Origin: Chiloscyllium plagiosum
Lineage: Eukaryota
Reading direction: 5' to 3'
DNA: 64,000 nucleotides
Assembly (NCBI RefSeq): GCF_004010195.1
Contig: NC_057749.1
Span: 8,001,901 to 8,065,900 of the forward strand
Part shown: one piece after another, positions 12,891 through 26,149 of the stretch
Position numbering within the stretch: position 1 is the stretch's first letter
Layout: each line of letters starts with the position of its first letter
Made by a program: the position numbers and the translations under genes
Notes under the pieces: model-generated
Database searches by the model: none
What the model saw: the letters and a program-made list of their open reading frames with translations, nothing else
What the model was told of the DNA's origin: nothing

Positions 12891-15565
12891 ACTGCTCCCC
12901 AGACCTAGTGCCATTCATACTAGCTGCAGCAGGAGTTTTCTCCTGCTACCCTGACAGCAGCTTACATCCTACCCCATGCGGAAGTGAAGAGCGCATTTGA
13001 TGAGATGTACACCATCACAAATAGCCTTGAGATGAATACCCTGAGGCCTCGTTCATTGTAGCAGTGACTTCAACCAGGCCAACCTCAAAAGTGTGTGCTA
13101 CCAAGGTACCATCAACACATCTCCTGTCCCAGTAGTGGCTCAAACACCCTGGACCATTGCTACACAACCATCAAAGACGCCTACCGCTCTATTCCCCACC
13201 CACATTTTGGTAAATCAGACAATAAGACTGTGCTCTTTCTCCCGGCTCACAAGCAGAAGCTGAAGCGTGAGGATCTGGTACAGAAAGGTGTACAGCACTG
13301 GTCTGAGGTAACGGATGAGCTCCTATGTGACTGCTTAGAGTCGATGGACTGTCCCATCTTCAAGAACTCAGCAGCCAACCTAAATGACCATGCCACTACG
13401 GTCACAGACTTCATCAGTAAGTGTGTAGAGGACTGTGTGCTATAGAATTTAATCTGAATGTTCCCCAATTGGAAACCATGGATGAACTAGGAGATCCACT
13501 CCTACTGAAGTCCATGTCTAAGGCGGTCAAGTCGGGTCACCCTGACCCATACAGGAAATCTAGATACAATCTTCCCAAAGTCATCAGGGACATTAAGAGA
13601 CAATACCAAACTAAATTAGAGTCTCAGGCTAACCACACAAACACAGTTCGACTGTGGTAAGGCTTACACAATATAACGGGCAAGAAAGCTAAGCTGAATA
13701 GAATTGCTGACGACAGTGTATCCCTCCCTGATGGGATTCTATGCTCGTTTTGAACAGACGTTCAGTGAATTGGTGTCACCTGCCCCCACAGCCTCGGGTG
13801 TACCTGTACCCACACTAACAGCCACAGGGGTCAGATCGGCCTCCTGGAGGGTGAACCCACGGAAAGCAGCAGGCCCGGACATAGTCCCTGGCTGTGCACT
13901 CAGATCCTATGCAGACCAGCTGGTGAGAGTACTTGTAGACATCTTTAACCTCCCCCTACTCCAATCTGAGGTTCCCACCCCTTCAAGTGGACCACCATCA
14001 TCCCAGTGCAAAAGCAAAATCAGGCCTTAATGCCTATCATCGAATGACTCTGATATCCATCATTTGGAAGTGCTTTGAGAGGTAAGCACTGGCACACATC
14101 AACTTCAGCCTCCCAGATTGCTTTGATACTTTACAATACATCTACTGTCGCAATAGGTCTACGGCAGATGCCACCTTCCTGGCTTTACACTCATCCCTGG
14201 AACATGTGGATAACAAGGACACCTACCTATCTATTGACTTTATTCTATCTTCAACACCATCATTGCAACCAAGCCCATTTCCAAACTCTGAGACCTAGGT
14301 CTCTGCTCCCACTCTGCAATTGGTTCCTCGACTTCCTGACCCACAGACCAAAATCAGTAAGGACAGGTGACAACACATCCTCCATGATAATCCTCAATAC
14401 TGGTGCTCCTCAAGGCTGCGTACTCAGCCCCTCACTATACTCCTGGATTACTCACAACTCTGTGGCCAAAAATCTGCTCAGACTCCATTTACAAATTTGC
14501 TGATGACATCGCCATAGTGGGTCAGATCTCAACCAACGATGAGACAGAGTATAGAAAGGACAGAGATGGATCAGTGGCATGGTGTAAGCACAACAATCTC
14601 TCCCTCAATGTCAGCAAAATGAAGGAGTTGGCCATCAACTTCAAGAAGTGGAGTGGAGAACATGCCTCAGTCTATCAATGGGACTGAGGTGGAGGTGGTA
14701 AAAAGTGTCAAGTTCCTGGGAGTAATTATCACCAACAATCTGTCCTGGTCCATCCATATCGACGCTAGGGTCAAGAAAGCACGCCAATATCTCTCCTTCC
14801 TCAGGAGGCTAAGGAAATTCGACATGTTCACAATGACTCTTACCAATTTTTATAAATGCATCATGGAAAGCATGCTATCTGGATACATCGCAGCTCGATA
14901 TGACAACTTCTCTGCTCAGGACGGTCAGAAATTACAGAGAGTGGAGAATGCAGCCCAGTCCATCACACAAACCAGCCTTCCTTCAACTGACTCTGTCTAT
15001 ACTTCCCACTGCCGCCACAATGCAGCCAACATAATCAGAGACCCATCCCATTCCAGTTACACTCTCTATACACACACTTCCATCGGGCAGAAGATACATA
15101 GGTTTGAAAATATGTGCCAACAGCTTCTTCCCCACTGTTATCAAACTTCTGCATGTTCTCTTTATGTCTACACAGAGTTTCCTCCGTCAGTCCAGAGATA
15201 TGATTTTATGATTGCCACATATACCGAAATACAGTGAAAAGTATTGCTTTGCTTGCTCTCCAGGCAAATCACACCTTAGGTAAGTACAGAAAAGGTAAGG
15301 TGCAGAAAAACTCTAATATCTGAGAAGTTCAATCAATAGTTTGAAATTACATGCCAACAGATTCAAGAACACTGTTATCAAACTTTTGAATGAACCTCCC
15401 ATATATTAGAGTTGATTTTTTTTGCACCTTCTCTGTAGCTGTCAGACAATATTCTGCATTCTGTTCTATTACCGTGGTGGACTTACCTAAGGTGTGAGTT
15501 GCCTGGATAGCATGCGAAGCAATACTTCTCACTGTATCCTGGTACATGTGGCAATAATAAAATCA
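12891..15565 (+). mobile_element. Rex1/Babar LINE, about 2.7 kb (endonuclease C-terminus, RT and 3' tail), decayed
   Basis: YHQHISCP...[64 protein letters not shown]; many frameshifts. Confidence 0.92.
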
Positions 15566-16954
15566 TTTCTCTGGACTGAGGGAGGAAGCTCTGTGTAGAC
15601 ACAAGGAGAACATGCAAACTCCACACAGGCAGTCACCCGAGGATGGGTTGGAACTCCAATCCCTGGTGTTGTGAAGCAGCAGTGCTGACCACTGAGCCAT
15701 TGTGCCACCCTAAGTAGCGTAAGTTGTCAATAGTGTCCTGGTCAATACTGATCCCTCAATCAACATTGCAAAAAATCACAGTATCTGGTCATAATCATAT
15801 TATTGTTAGTGGGACTTTGTTGAGGACATGTTGATATCTGCATTTCCAACATTACAGCTGTGTTTACACTTGAAAAAATTGCTCATTGACTGGTGGGAGC
15901 TTTGAAATGCACTCACAGAATGCAAATCTTTAATTCTTGCTTTGTGCCACTCGGGTGAAAAATGTGCTGTGAGCCTGGATAAAGCTGGAATTCCATCTTT
16001 CAGACCAAGGGCTGCTTTCTTGTGCATTTCCTTACATCGCCGGGCTGCTTAACAAACAAACTGTGCAGTCCTCGTGGTTCTGGGTTAATCAGCTCTGCAA
16101 ACCTTGTGATCAATCCATGATGAGAAATTAATCCCTCGGAGCTATTCTGTTATGGATATATCCATTCCATTTTGAAGAAAAAGTTTGGAATAAAATGCTC
16201 AATTTGAAAATGAATCTTAATGATCAGAAACTTCACGTTTATTGATTCCTGGTCCTAATTCACTGTTCATGCCTTTTGTGTGCTACTGGCTGATTTTCTT
16301 CTGGTGGTGAGCTTGCGGCAAATGTACCCAATCTTTTAACGACCTTGAGAGAGCTTATGGAATTGGTACCTCAGTGATGTGGCAGTCTGTTCAGCAACAG
16401 AGGCTCATAAAAAGAATATTAGACAATTATTCTGCTCAGAAGGAGGACTTTCAACCTCACTGTGTCCTTTCAGAGAGAGCTTTCCAACTGATCCCTCTCC
16501 ACAGCTCCTTCACTTGAACCGATATTTTCCTTCTTAATTAATTTTGCTCATTTCCTTCTGAAACTTTCCAACTGAATCTGCTTCAATTCTCAGGCAGTCC
16601 TCTCCTGTAAAATGTGAGCGGTTCTTGTGGTGCATTGGTAGTGTCCTTACCTCAGTGTTAAAGTCCTACCTGCTCCAGAGGCATGTATTCCTGTACAGGA
16701 CAATTAGGAACTATCTAAATGTGTGGGGATAGGGTGGTCATCTCACTGATCCCAAAGCCCAGATTCATGCCTCACCTCTCTGCTGCTCAAAGCGCCCACA
16801 GCAGCAGATATTCAGCTAATAAATCTGGAATGTAAACCTAATTTCAATCATGGTGACCACGACAACAATTATTATCTTTAAAAGCTATCAGATTTACTTC
16901 AGGGAAAGGAACTCTGTCATTCTTCCACAAGTCTGTAGATTTAAGACTGTGATA

Positions 16955-17268
16955 GATAGCACTGCTGCCTCACAGTGCCAGGGACCTGGATTCAATTCCA
17001 GCCTCGGGCAACTGTCTGTGTGGAGTTTGCACATTCTCCCCGTGTCTGCATGGGTTTTCTCCGGGTGCTCCAGTTTCCTCCCACAGTCCAAAGATGTGCG
17101 GGTTAGGTGAATTGGCCATGGGAAATTACCCAAGGTATCTGGGGATGTGTAGGTGAAGTGGATTGGACATGGGAAATGCTGGGTTACAGGGAAAGGGTTG
17201 GCAGTGAGTCTTCAGAAAGTCGGTGTGGACTTGTTGGGCCAAGGCCTGATTCCACACTGTAAGGATTC
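16955..17268 (+). mobile_element. HE1-type V-SINE
   Basis: agcactgctgcctcacagtgccagggacc...gtggagtttgcacattctcccc. Confidence 0.9.
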
Positions 17269-17599
17269 TTTAGATAGATTCCTGATCAGTTGGGGAATCA
17301 AGCATTATGGGGAAAATGCAGGAAGGCGAATGTGAAGAGTGTTGGATCTAAATGGATGGTAGAGCTGGCTTGAGGGGCAGAATAGCCTATTCCTGTTTCT
17401 ACTTCTTACAGTCTTATAGTTTGGTTTATATGTAACTCCAGTCCCACAGCAATAAGTGCTCCTTCTGAAGCAGTCTTGCAATCCACTCAGGATCAAGGGG
17501 GTGGGAAACATATGTTGGCCCACTCAATAACATCACAGTCTCCCATGAAAGAAAAAATTAAAAACTCGCTAGGTATAGAAAAGTTTCCTTATTTCCCCA

Positions 17600-18030
17600 C
17601 ACCTTCTGGACTCAAGATTGAGTTTGACAACTTTAGGGCTTGAACCTCTCCCGTGTCCTTACCCCAACTCCCACACATCAGGCCTTGTTATCACATGGTC
17701 TGCTATTCCACACAATTGTTAGCCATTAACAGTCCCCACTAACATCTACTCACCCTCCTAGCCAGATTGTTATCTACTCTTTTGTCTGTCCAATTGTTCT
17801 TCTCTCTCTTTGGGTTCTATCCCCATCTCTCATTTACTCCTTAACCCCTCCCCCACACCCTATCTTCTGTATATAAACGGACATTTTCCCAGCTACTATC
17901 ATTTCTGAAGAAGGGTCACTGGGCCAGAAATGTTAACTCTGATTTCTCTCCACAGATGCTGCCAGACCTGCTGAGCTTTTCTAGCAATGTATGTTTTTGT
18001 TTCTGGTTTCCAGTATTCGCTGTTGATTTG
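17600..18030 (+). mobile_element. Penelope-like element 3' end (family B) with a degenerate hammerhead at 17901-17938
   Basis: PSGLKIEFDNFR resembles a PLE ORF C-terminus; CUGAAGA-a-GGGUC-acu-GGGCCA-GAAA-U-GUU-aacu. Confidence 0.7.
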
Positions 18031-18294
18031 GGGTTTGATCGTTATCTGAGCCCCTGGTTCTTTTGACAATGACCATAAAACTGTATCTTCTGGTTTACAG
18101 CTCCTCCTTACCTACTCTTTTAAAACTCTTCCTTCGGTGATGGTTTCTAATTAATATTGTTTTTCACCTTATCAATTTTCCTATTTTGTTGACTCCACTA
18201 TGATCGGCTTGCTTTGGACTCACCAGTAGTATTCCCCTCGGGAATTTTAGTGCACAGTTTCTCATGTTCCTTAAGTCAGCATCTAGTTCTTTGA

Positions 18295-18315
18295 AATATA
18301 TATATATATATATAT
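18295..18315. repeat. (TA)n microsatellite
   Basis: atatatatatatatatatat. Confidence 0.9.
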
Positions 18316-18789
18316 TAAATGGAAATCACCACAATGCCTCCTAATCCATCATATTTCTTCTCAGGATCTTCAAAGTAATGTTCAGTGTCATCTATTCACC
18401 AACCTATGATTTATTGTAATTGTTTGGTGCACACCTTTGGAGCAGATACCATCCTGCTCCACGGGCCTCGATGTTGTACTGAGGTTCCTAAGTGTTGGAA
18501 ATAATCAGAGCGTGTCTGTGTGGAAAACAATTCTTTTTATTGCACTGCTAAATTATCCCCCCTGTGTATTGCTTTACGATCAACTCCTTGCACTTATATG
18601 ACGCTGCTAACAGAACAGCGCTTCTCAAAGAGATGATAAAAAAAGGACTTTATTTATGTGGCACCTTGCAAGAGCAGTTCACAGCCAACGACAAACATAA
18701 AAGGACAGAAGAAGTAGAAGCACAGGACAGGCCACTCTGCCCATTGAGTCTGGCCCTCCACTCGAGCAGATTGTGGCTGATCTGACTGT

Positions 18790-19272
18790 GGTCATAGAGT
18801 CATAGAATCATAGAGATGTACAGCACGGTAACAGACTCTTTGGTTCAAATTGTCCATACCGACCAGATATCCTAAATTAATGTAGGCCCATTGGCCAGCA
18901 CGTGGCCCATACCACTCTAAACCCTTCCTATTCATATACCAATCCAGATGCCTTTTAAATGTTGTAGTTGTGCCAACCTCCACCACTTCCTCTGGCAGCT
19001 CATTCCATACACGTACCACCCTCTGCATGTTTTGGACTCCCCCATCCCAGGGAAAAGACCTTATCTATTTATCCTATCCGTGCCCCTCATGATTTTATAA
19101 ACCTCTATAATGTCATCCCTCAGTCTCTGACCCTCCAGGGAAAATAGCTCCAGCCTATTCAGCCTCTCCCTATCGCTCAAGCCCTCCAACCCTGGTGACA
19201 TCCTTGTAAATCTTTTCTGAACCCTTTCAAGTTTCACAACATCCTTCCGATAGGAGGGAGACCAGAATTGTT
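18790..19272 (-). mobile_element. HER1/CR1 LINE 3' fragment
   Basis: QFWSPSYRKDVVKLERVQKRFTRM...; QRVVRVWNELPEEVV. Confidence 0.9.
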
Positions 19273-19469
19273 TCAACCTTCCTCTATGCTGCACGTCATA
19301 ACCCATGACTACGGGTTTGGGTCCAGTGCAAGGTCCAACGAAGACTAATGATCATGGCACCAATGGAAGCAAGATGGCATTGGAGCTTGGCAGTTCCTGA
19401 TCCAGTGGGTGCGGCAAGGGGACTCATGGCTGGCTGCTCTAGCCCCACCTAATAAGAAGCACAGTAAAT

Positions 19470-19800
19470 CATACAATCCTAACAGTGTGGAAATAGGCCC
19501 TTTGGCCTAAGTCCACACTGACCCTCCAAAGAGTATTCCACCTAGACTCAATCCCCATTACTCTACATTTACCCCAGCTAATGCACGTAACCAACACATC
19601 CCTGAACACGATGAACAATTTAGCATGGCCAATTCACCTGACCTGCACACCTTTGGATTGTGGGAGGAAATCAGAGCACCCGGAGTAAACCCACGCAGAC
19701 ACAGGGAGAATGTGCAAACTCCACACAGACAGTCATCCAAAGCTGGAATCGAAACCTGTCGCTGTGAGGCAGTAGTGCCAGCCACTGAGCCATCATGCTG
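19470..19800 (-). mobile_element. HE1-type V-SINE
   Basis: Reverse complement matches the other HE1 copies. Confidence 0.88.
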
Positions 19801-20699
19801 CTCTGTAAAGTTGTGGGTACAAATCCTACTTAATGGGTAGCATAGTGAAAATCTATTGGATATAGGGCTTGCAGGAAAGGATATATTTTCTCAAGTTGTG
19901 CCTCACTTGTATATGTGACAGAGGAGTCACATTTTACTGAGATGGCCTGTTTGTAATGCAGAGTGAAGCAGTTGAGTCTTTCCTGGCAATTGATTCATGT
20001 TTACAACTCAATTCCCATTTTTTGAATTCAAATTCCACCATCTGCTGTGGTGGGATTTGAACCTGGGTCCCCAGAACATTACCTGGATCTCTAGCCTAGC
20101 CAGCAATACCCTTGTATGAATTTTTTAAAAATTGGGGTTGATCTCTGCTGGACACAGACTTTGCTCTGGTTGATGGCTGTCCTGTTTCTAGCTTACCTGA
20201 AGGCTGTGGCCAGGGAGGGTCTGTCTGCAAGGGGATCCATGGCAGCCTTTAATGCGGTCCTGGAAACTCAGCCTCACAGGCAGAGCAGCGATCAATAAAA
20301 TGTCCAAGCTCTTGTCATCAAACTGTGCAGTGCCCTGACACTCCGAGAGCACCACTAACAACTGAGAGGAAACTAACAGTGCAGGCCCAGGGGATACTTT
20401 TAACTGACACCTTGCCACAAGAAATATGCAACCTGAGGGAGAAACTGGATACACTGAAATTGACAAAATAAAGCCTAAAAATTTACGACAGAAGCTGTAT
20501 CAAATTGCAAATCAATTCAATCACTTTAAAGGAACATAATTATCTTGAATGAGCTGATTAATTGTTTTCACCTCGTAATCTTTTTATTATTCAGCAATAA
20601 AGGAAGTGCTGGAATTTTTTTTTAATTTAATGCGATCCTATAAACTATGCTTTGAAACAAAAAACTGGGGATGTTTTCAGCACAGCGACCACATAGGCT

Positions 20700-20818
20700 G
20701 ATGTGATTTCTGATGATTTGGAGGTGCCAGTGTTGGACTGGGGTGGACAAAGTTAGAAATCAACACCAGGTTATCGTCCAACAGGTTTACTTGGAAGCAC
20801 TAGCTTTCGGAGCGCTGA
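20700..20818 (-). mobile_element. PLE family C terminal fragment with a partial hammerhead
   Basis: Minus strand gcgctccGAAAGCTAgtgcttccaagtaaacctgttgg, same family as 63430 and 60721. Confidence 0.7.
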
Positions 20819-20854
20819 TTGCAGGCTTTTTAAAAAGCAAGTAAATCTGGGGCA

Positions 20855-22480
20855 AGATAGTGTTCGAACGTCACTGGACAAGCAGTCTAGAGGCTGAATC
20901 AAGAGAAGTGCTGGAATCCCAACAACAGCAGCTAGTGGAATTCAGATTCAATTAATAAATTCTAGAATTAAAATTCCATCTCAGCGATAGCAACTGTGAA
21001 ACTATCATCAATTGTCATTGAAAATGCCTAAAGCAAAACAAAGAATTGCAGATGCTGGAAATCTAAAACAAAAACAGTAATTGCTGGAGAAACTCAGCAG
21101 GTCTGGGAGCATTGGTGGAGTGAGTAAAACACAGTTAACGTTTTGGAATCAGGTGATCCAGCAGAGCTTAATTTGAATAAATGCGAGATACTGCATTTTG
21201 GTAAAACAAACAAGATCAGGACTTATACAATTAAAAGTAGGGCCCTGGGTAGTGTTGTAAGAAAGCATTTGGGGGCATGCTTGCTTTCATTCTTCAGACT
21301 TCTGAGTATAAGGAGTTATGCTGAGGTTGTACAGAACATTGGTGAGGCCTTTCCTGGAGTACTGTGTCCAGCTCTGGTCTTCCTGTTATAGGAAGGATAT
21401 TATTAGAGTCAATAAAGTCTGCCGCTGGAAAATCACAGCAGGCCAGGCAGCATCCAAGGAGCAGGAGATGCAACATTTCGAGCAGAACCTTGCATCACTA
21501 TCTCCTGGAAGGACATTATTAATCTAGAAAGGGTTCCGAAGGGGTTTACCAGGATGTTGCTGGGAATAGAGGGTTTGAGTTCTAAGGAGATGGTGGATAG
21601 GCTGGGACTTTTTACACTGGAGGGTAGGAGGTTGAGGGGTGACCTTATAGAAGTTTATAAAATCACAAGGGGTACAGATAAGGTGAATGGCAGGTGTCTT
21701 TTCCCTAAGGTGGGGAATTTCAAGGCTAGAGGGCATATTTTTAAGGGGGGTGACCTTATTGAGGTTTATAAAGTCACAAGGGGTACAGATAAGGTGAATG
21801 GCAGGTGTCTTTTCCCTAAGGTGGGGGATTTCAAGGCTAGGGGCATATTTTTAAGGTGAGAGGAGAAAGATTTATAAAAGACATGAGAGGCAATTTTTTT
21901 ACACAGAGAGTGGTTCATGTGTAGGAATAGATTAGGATAGAATAGGCAGGTACAGTTACAACATGTAAAAGATATTTTGATAAGTACGGGAATAAGAAAT
22001 GTTTGGATGGATATGGACCAGCGCAGACACTTTAGTTTGGGATTACAGTCGGCATGGACTGGTTGGGCCAAAGGGTCTGTTTCTGTGCTGTGTGTCTCTA
22101 TGACCCTTCTTCAGACTACTGAAACCAAAAGTTTAACCCAGCTTTCTCTCCATAGATATTGCCAGAGGTACTGAATTTCTCCAGCAATTTCTGTTTTGTG
22201 TTGGTGGAAACCCACCTGATTCAACGAACAAAAAGAACAATACAGCGTGGGAACAGGCCCTTCGGCCTGTCAAGCCTGCACTGCCACATTTTGCTCTTCC
22301 ATATCATCAACATCTTTTACGGAGGGAGACTGCCATCCTTACCTGATCTGGTCTACATGTGACTCACAGCAATGTGGTTGACTCTCGACTGCCCTTTGAA
22401 ATGCCCCACCAAGTTCAGGGGCGATTAGGGATAGGCAACAAGCTAGCATGATGAGCACAGCCCATGAAAACAAATTAAAC
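20855..22480 (+). mobile_element. tRNA/L2-tail SINE split by a nested PLE family B fold-back, a CR1 and a PLE family A end
   Basis: SINE 5' part 20855-21030 and 3' part 22320-22480; family B arms at about 21030-21160 and 22100-22200. Confidence 0.6.
21165..22103 (+). mobile_element. HER1/CR1 LINE 3' fragment with a 111-bp tandem duplication and a PLE family A insert (21406-21506)
   Basis: LNLNKCEILHFGK; LYRTLVRPFLEYCVQLW; 15-bp TSD ggaagga(t/c)attatta at 21391-21405 and 21507-21521. Confidence 0.9.
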
Positions 22481-22839
22481 ATTTTAAATAAAACATAACA
22501 TCAAGGTTTGCTCAGATGGTTGAAGAGAGAAGATATTTCTTTGCAAAATACATCAGTGTGTTACAAAAGTGTTAAGGTTACCTCATAGTGTGTGCTCGCC
22601 AGAGGATAAATTTGTATGTGACATATTATCAAATCTTCTGTGGTGATGCTGGTAATGAGTCTGAGGAGAAGTCAAAGTGTGACAAAATAATTGTGATACC
22701 AGGAATTTTCTGTTATCTGTTACTGCTAGTGGGATTTCTCCACCTGGAAAGGAGCTGTTAAAGGGAAAACCGGGGAAAAATATCTCTCTGTTGAAGCCTT
22801 GCCTGTAGTGGGTCCTGAGATCAAAATAAACCAAATAGT

Positions 22840-23405
22840 TTAGAACCTAGAACTCAGAGCAGTACAGCAGAGTACAGGCCCTCGATGTTGTGGCAACCTT
22901 TTATCCTTCTCTAAAATCAGACTAACCTACATACCCTTAATTGTACTATCTGGCATGTGCCTATCCAAGAGTTGCTTAAATGTCCCTAATGACTCTACTA
23001 CCATTACTGGCAGTTCATTCCACACACCCACCACTCTCTGTGTAAAGAACCTACCTCTGACATCTCCCCTAAACCTTCCTCCAATCACCTTAAAATTATG
23101 CCCCCTCACGATAGCCACTACTGCTCTGGAAAAAAAGTCTCTGTCTATCCACTCTTTCAATGCCTCTCATCATCTTGTACACCTCTATCGAGTCACCTCT
23201 CATCCCTTTTTGCTCCAATGAGAAAAGCCCTAGCTCTCTCAACTTTTCATCATAAGGCATGCCCTCCAATCCAGGCAGCATCCTGGTAAATATCCTCTGC
23301 TCCTCTCTAAAGCTTCCACATCCTTCCTATAATGAGGCGACCAGAACTGAACACAATATTCCAAAGTCTGGTCTAACCAAGGCTCTATAGTGCTGCAGCA
23401 TAACC
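22840..23405 (-). mobile_element. CR1-type LINE 3' fragment
   Basis: MLPGLEGMPYDEKLRELGLFSLE; RGDVRGRFFTQRVVGVWNELP. Confidence 0.9.
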
Positions 23406-23464
23406 CGTTGCTGACAGAATTCAGTCTTCAGGCAGGAGAGGCTGTAGCATTGTGATAATATTAG

Positions 23465-23595
23465 TGAGTGTTGAGAAGATTTGTAACTCAGGTTGAGATT
23501 CTGGATGTAGGTTTGCTCACTGAGCTGGAAGGTTCTTTGTCAGACGTTTCATCACCATACTGGGTAACATCTCCAGTGAGCCTCCGGACAAAGCT
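23465..23595 (-). mobile_element. PLE family D terminal repeat with hammerhead motif
   Basis: Minus strand uca-CUGGAGA-u-GUUACC-caguau-GGUGAU-GAAAC-GUC-uga; homologous to 1371-1460. Confidence 0.75.
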
Positions 23596-23624
23596 TGGTC
23601 AAGAGATCTAGATACAGACAGGGG

Positions 23625-24022
23625 CATGTCCTCAACTCTACTTCCTGAAGGTGATGACCAGTTCCATCATGTTGCTGATATTGAGGGAGAGTTTGTTGCC
23701 TTTCCACCATGCCGTTAAGGTCTTTATCTCTTTCCTGTACTCTGTCTTGTCATTGTTTGAGGTCCAACTCACAATGGTGATGCCATCAGCAAATTTGTAA
23801 ATGGAGTTAGAGCTGAATTTGGCCACACAGTAATGAGTCTATAGTGAGTATAGTAAGGAGCTGAGTACACAGCCCTGTGGGGCACTGGTGTTGAGGATTA
23901 TTGTAGAGGAGGTGATGATGCCTATCCTTACTCACTGCGGTCTGCGGGTCAGGAAGTCAAGGGTCCAGTTGCAGAGAGGGGAGCAGGGTCTTCGGTCTCG
24001 GAGTTTGGCGATGAGTTTGGAA
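23625..24022 (-). mobile_element. Rex1/Babar LINE RT fragment
   Basis: AKFSSNSIYKFADGITIV...LSLNISNM. Confidence 0.85.
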
Positions 24023-24084
24023 GTTAGATCTGAAGCATGGAGTAGATATTCTAAAGAATTGTAAATACAGCAGTGGTCACAAAA

Positions 24085-24740
24085 GCCTGCACTTGAGACT
24101 TACATAATCTAGACTTAAATTTCATAGCAGTACTGAGGGGCAGTTATACTATCAGAGGTACCATTCCTCAGATGAAACGTTAAACGAGATCCCATCTATT
24201 CTCTCAGGCATAAAAGGTCCCAAAGGCACAATTTGAACAATAATGGTGGAACTTTCCTGGAGTCCTGGTCAATGTTTGTCTGGCACCCAACACTTAAAAC
24301 AGATGACCAAATACAGAAATTGCTGGAGAAACTCAGCAGGTCTGATAGCATCTGTCGAGAGAGAAACAGAGGTAATGTTTTGAATGGAGAAGAGTTCATG
24401 TTAGATTCAAAACATTAACTCTGTTTCTCTTTCAAGAATAATCATACCAGACCCAAAATGTTAACTCTGTTTCTGTCTCTGCAGATGTTGCCAGACCTCT
24501 ATGTCCTCTCCAGCATTCTCTATGTCTGTTTCAGATTTCCAGTACTCACCATGTTTTGCTGTTACTTACAGTAGATGATCTGGTCATGATCACACTGTTG
24601 TTTACGGGAGCTTGCTGTGCATGAATTGGCTGCCACAGTTTCCCCACTACAATAGCGACCCACCCTTTAGAAGTACCATACTGACTCTAAAATGATTTAG
24701 GATATCATGAGGTTGTGAATCTTATTCTACAATTGCAAGT
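24085..24740 (+). mobile_element. Deu-domain SINE with an inserted PLE family B fold-back (about 24307-24570)
   Basis: gcagtactgaggg...gatgaaacgttaaacgag...; gggagcttgctgtgcatgaattggctgcc. Confidence 0.7.
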
Positions 24741-25084
24741 TTTTCTTTTTTTTTCCATTTTCCATTTTTTATATTTGAAAAGCTGCTGACTATTCAGTTT
24801 GGGTTTTGTGTTGTACCTAGTTTTGACTTATTACTGCTATAGAATGTGTGAGCACATTTTGAACTGGTTATTCCCAATAGAAGACTTGCTGCAAGAGATC
24901 AGCTTTCAATAACTGTATGGTACAATAGGACCACTTTAATGTAAAAAAACTACACACATGATCGAACCGAGTAGCATTTCTTGGATTAAAAATCTGCATA
25001 TGTTGTCAATTCAAATGCACGACATAACATGCTCGAAATAAAATTATCATTTCAGATGAGATGTTAAAACAAGATCATATCTGT

Positions 25085-25720
25085 CTATTCATATGAGGGG
25101 TAACTTTTTTTCCACAGACAGTGTTCCGTATGTGGAATGAACGGCCAGAAGAAGTGGTGGATGAAGGTACAGTTAACAAGATTTAAAAGACATTTGGATA
25201 AGTGCATGAATAGGAAAGGTTTTAAGGGAATATGGTTAGTGTGGAGTAGTTGGACCGAAGGGTCTGTTTCCATGTTGCATGATTCTAAGTGACTGCAATC
25301 AATCTCATTCATGAAATCATAGAATCACACAACACAGAACGAGATTATTCAGCCCATCTTGCCTCTGCCATCCCTTTGAAAGTTCTCTCTGGTTAATCCT
25401 TCGCCATTGCTCTTTGCCCACAGTACTTACTACTTTGTTCTCCTCAAGTATTTCTCTAGCTCTTTTGAAAGTTTCTATTGAATCTATTTCCACTGACCCA
25501 TTAGTCAGCATGTTCCAGATCACAGCTCCCAGCATAAAACTAATCTCTTTATCTCCCTTCAGGATCCTTTATCAATGATCCAAAGTCTGTGGGTGTTGGT
25601 TAACAAAGCTACTAGCTTCTCCTTGTTGATTCTGTGAAAAGCCTTAATCGTTTTAAACAAAAACCTTATTAAATCTCTCTTCAATCCTCATTGCTTCGAG
25701 GAAGAAGGTCTTAGCTTTCT
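25085..25720. mobile_element. Two tail-to-tail CR1 3' fragments (25085-25290 +, 25315-25720 -)
   Basis: gtgtggaatga...tttaaaagacatttgga; opposing catagaatc tail. Confidence 0.65.
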
Positions 25721-26149
25721 TGAATCTGTTGCAAAGTCACACAAGTCTATTTTTTTTAGAAAATAGTGTGACTTACTTTTCAATCGTCAGGAAGGCACAA
25801 ATAACTGTTCATTTTCTCAATGTCACTTTGTGCAAACTTGTCACATTCTGAATGCCTACCACGTTTTCTTACTCAACAGTGATTGTCTAAAAACAAAATC
25901 AGTATATTCTGAGGATGTGGAGAAAGGTATATCTAGGAAGGTTATTTCTTTATTTTTGTTCTCCTCACTTTCTTTCTCTCTGTTTCTGTAATCCTAAATT
26001 GGATGATTTCATAATCTCTGCCCCATCAACAAGGAATGCTTTTGGGAGCTAAGCAACTAATTCCATTGCCAATTCTTATGTCCAACCTCTGTGAATTGTG
26101 GCTGCTTCAGATGTACTTTGTTTACCCCATCCAAGCACCATTATGACAC

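Larger units (their letters stand above)
12345..15710 (-). mobile_element. HE1 SINE in three collinear pieces (12345-12440, 12856-12890, 15570-15710)
   Basis: Tail, middle (gccatggctaatccacctaacctgcat) and head occur in the correct order on the minus strand. Confidence 0.7.
12150..15935 (+). mobile_element. Deu-domain SINE split into 5' half (12150-12340) and 3' half (15715-15935) by nested inserts
   Basis: gagatgttaaactgaggccc...cactattttgaaga continues after 3.4 kb as gtgtcctggtcaata...tatctggtcat, as in the less interrupted copies at 24085 and 36915. Confidence 0.65.
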
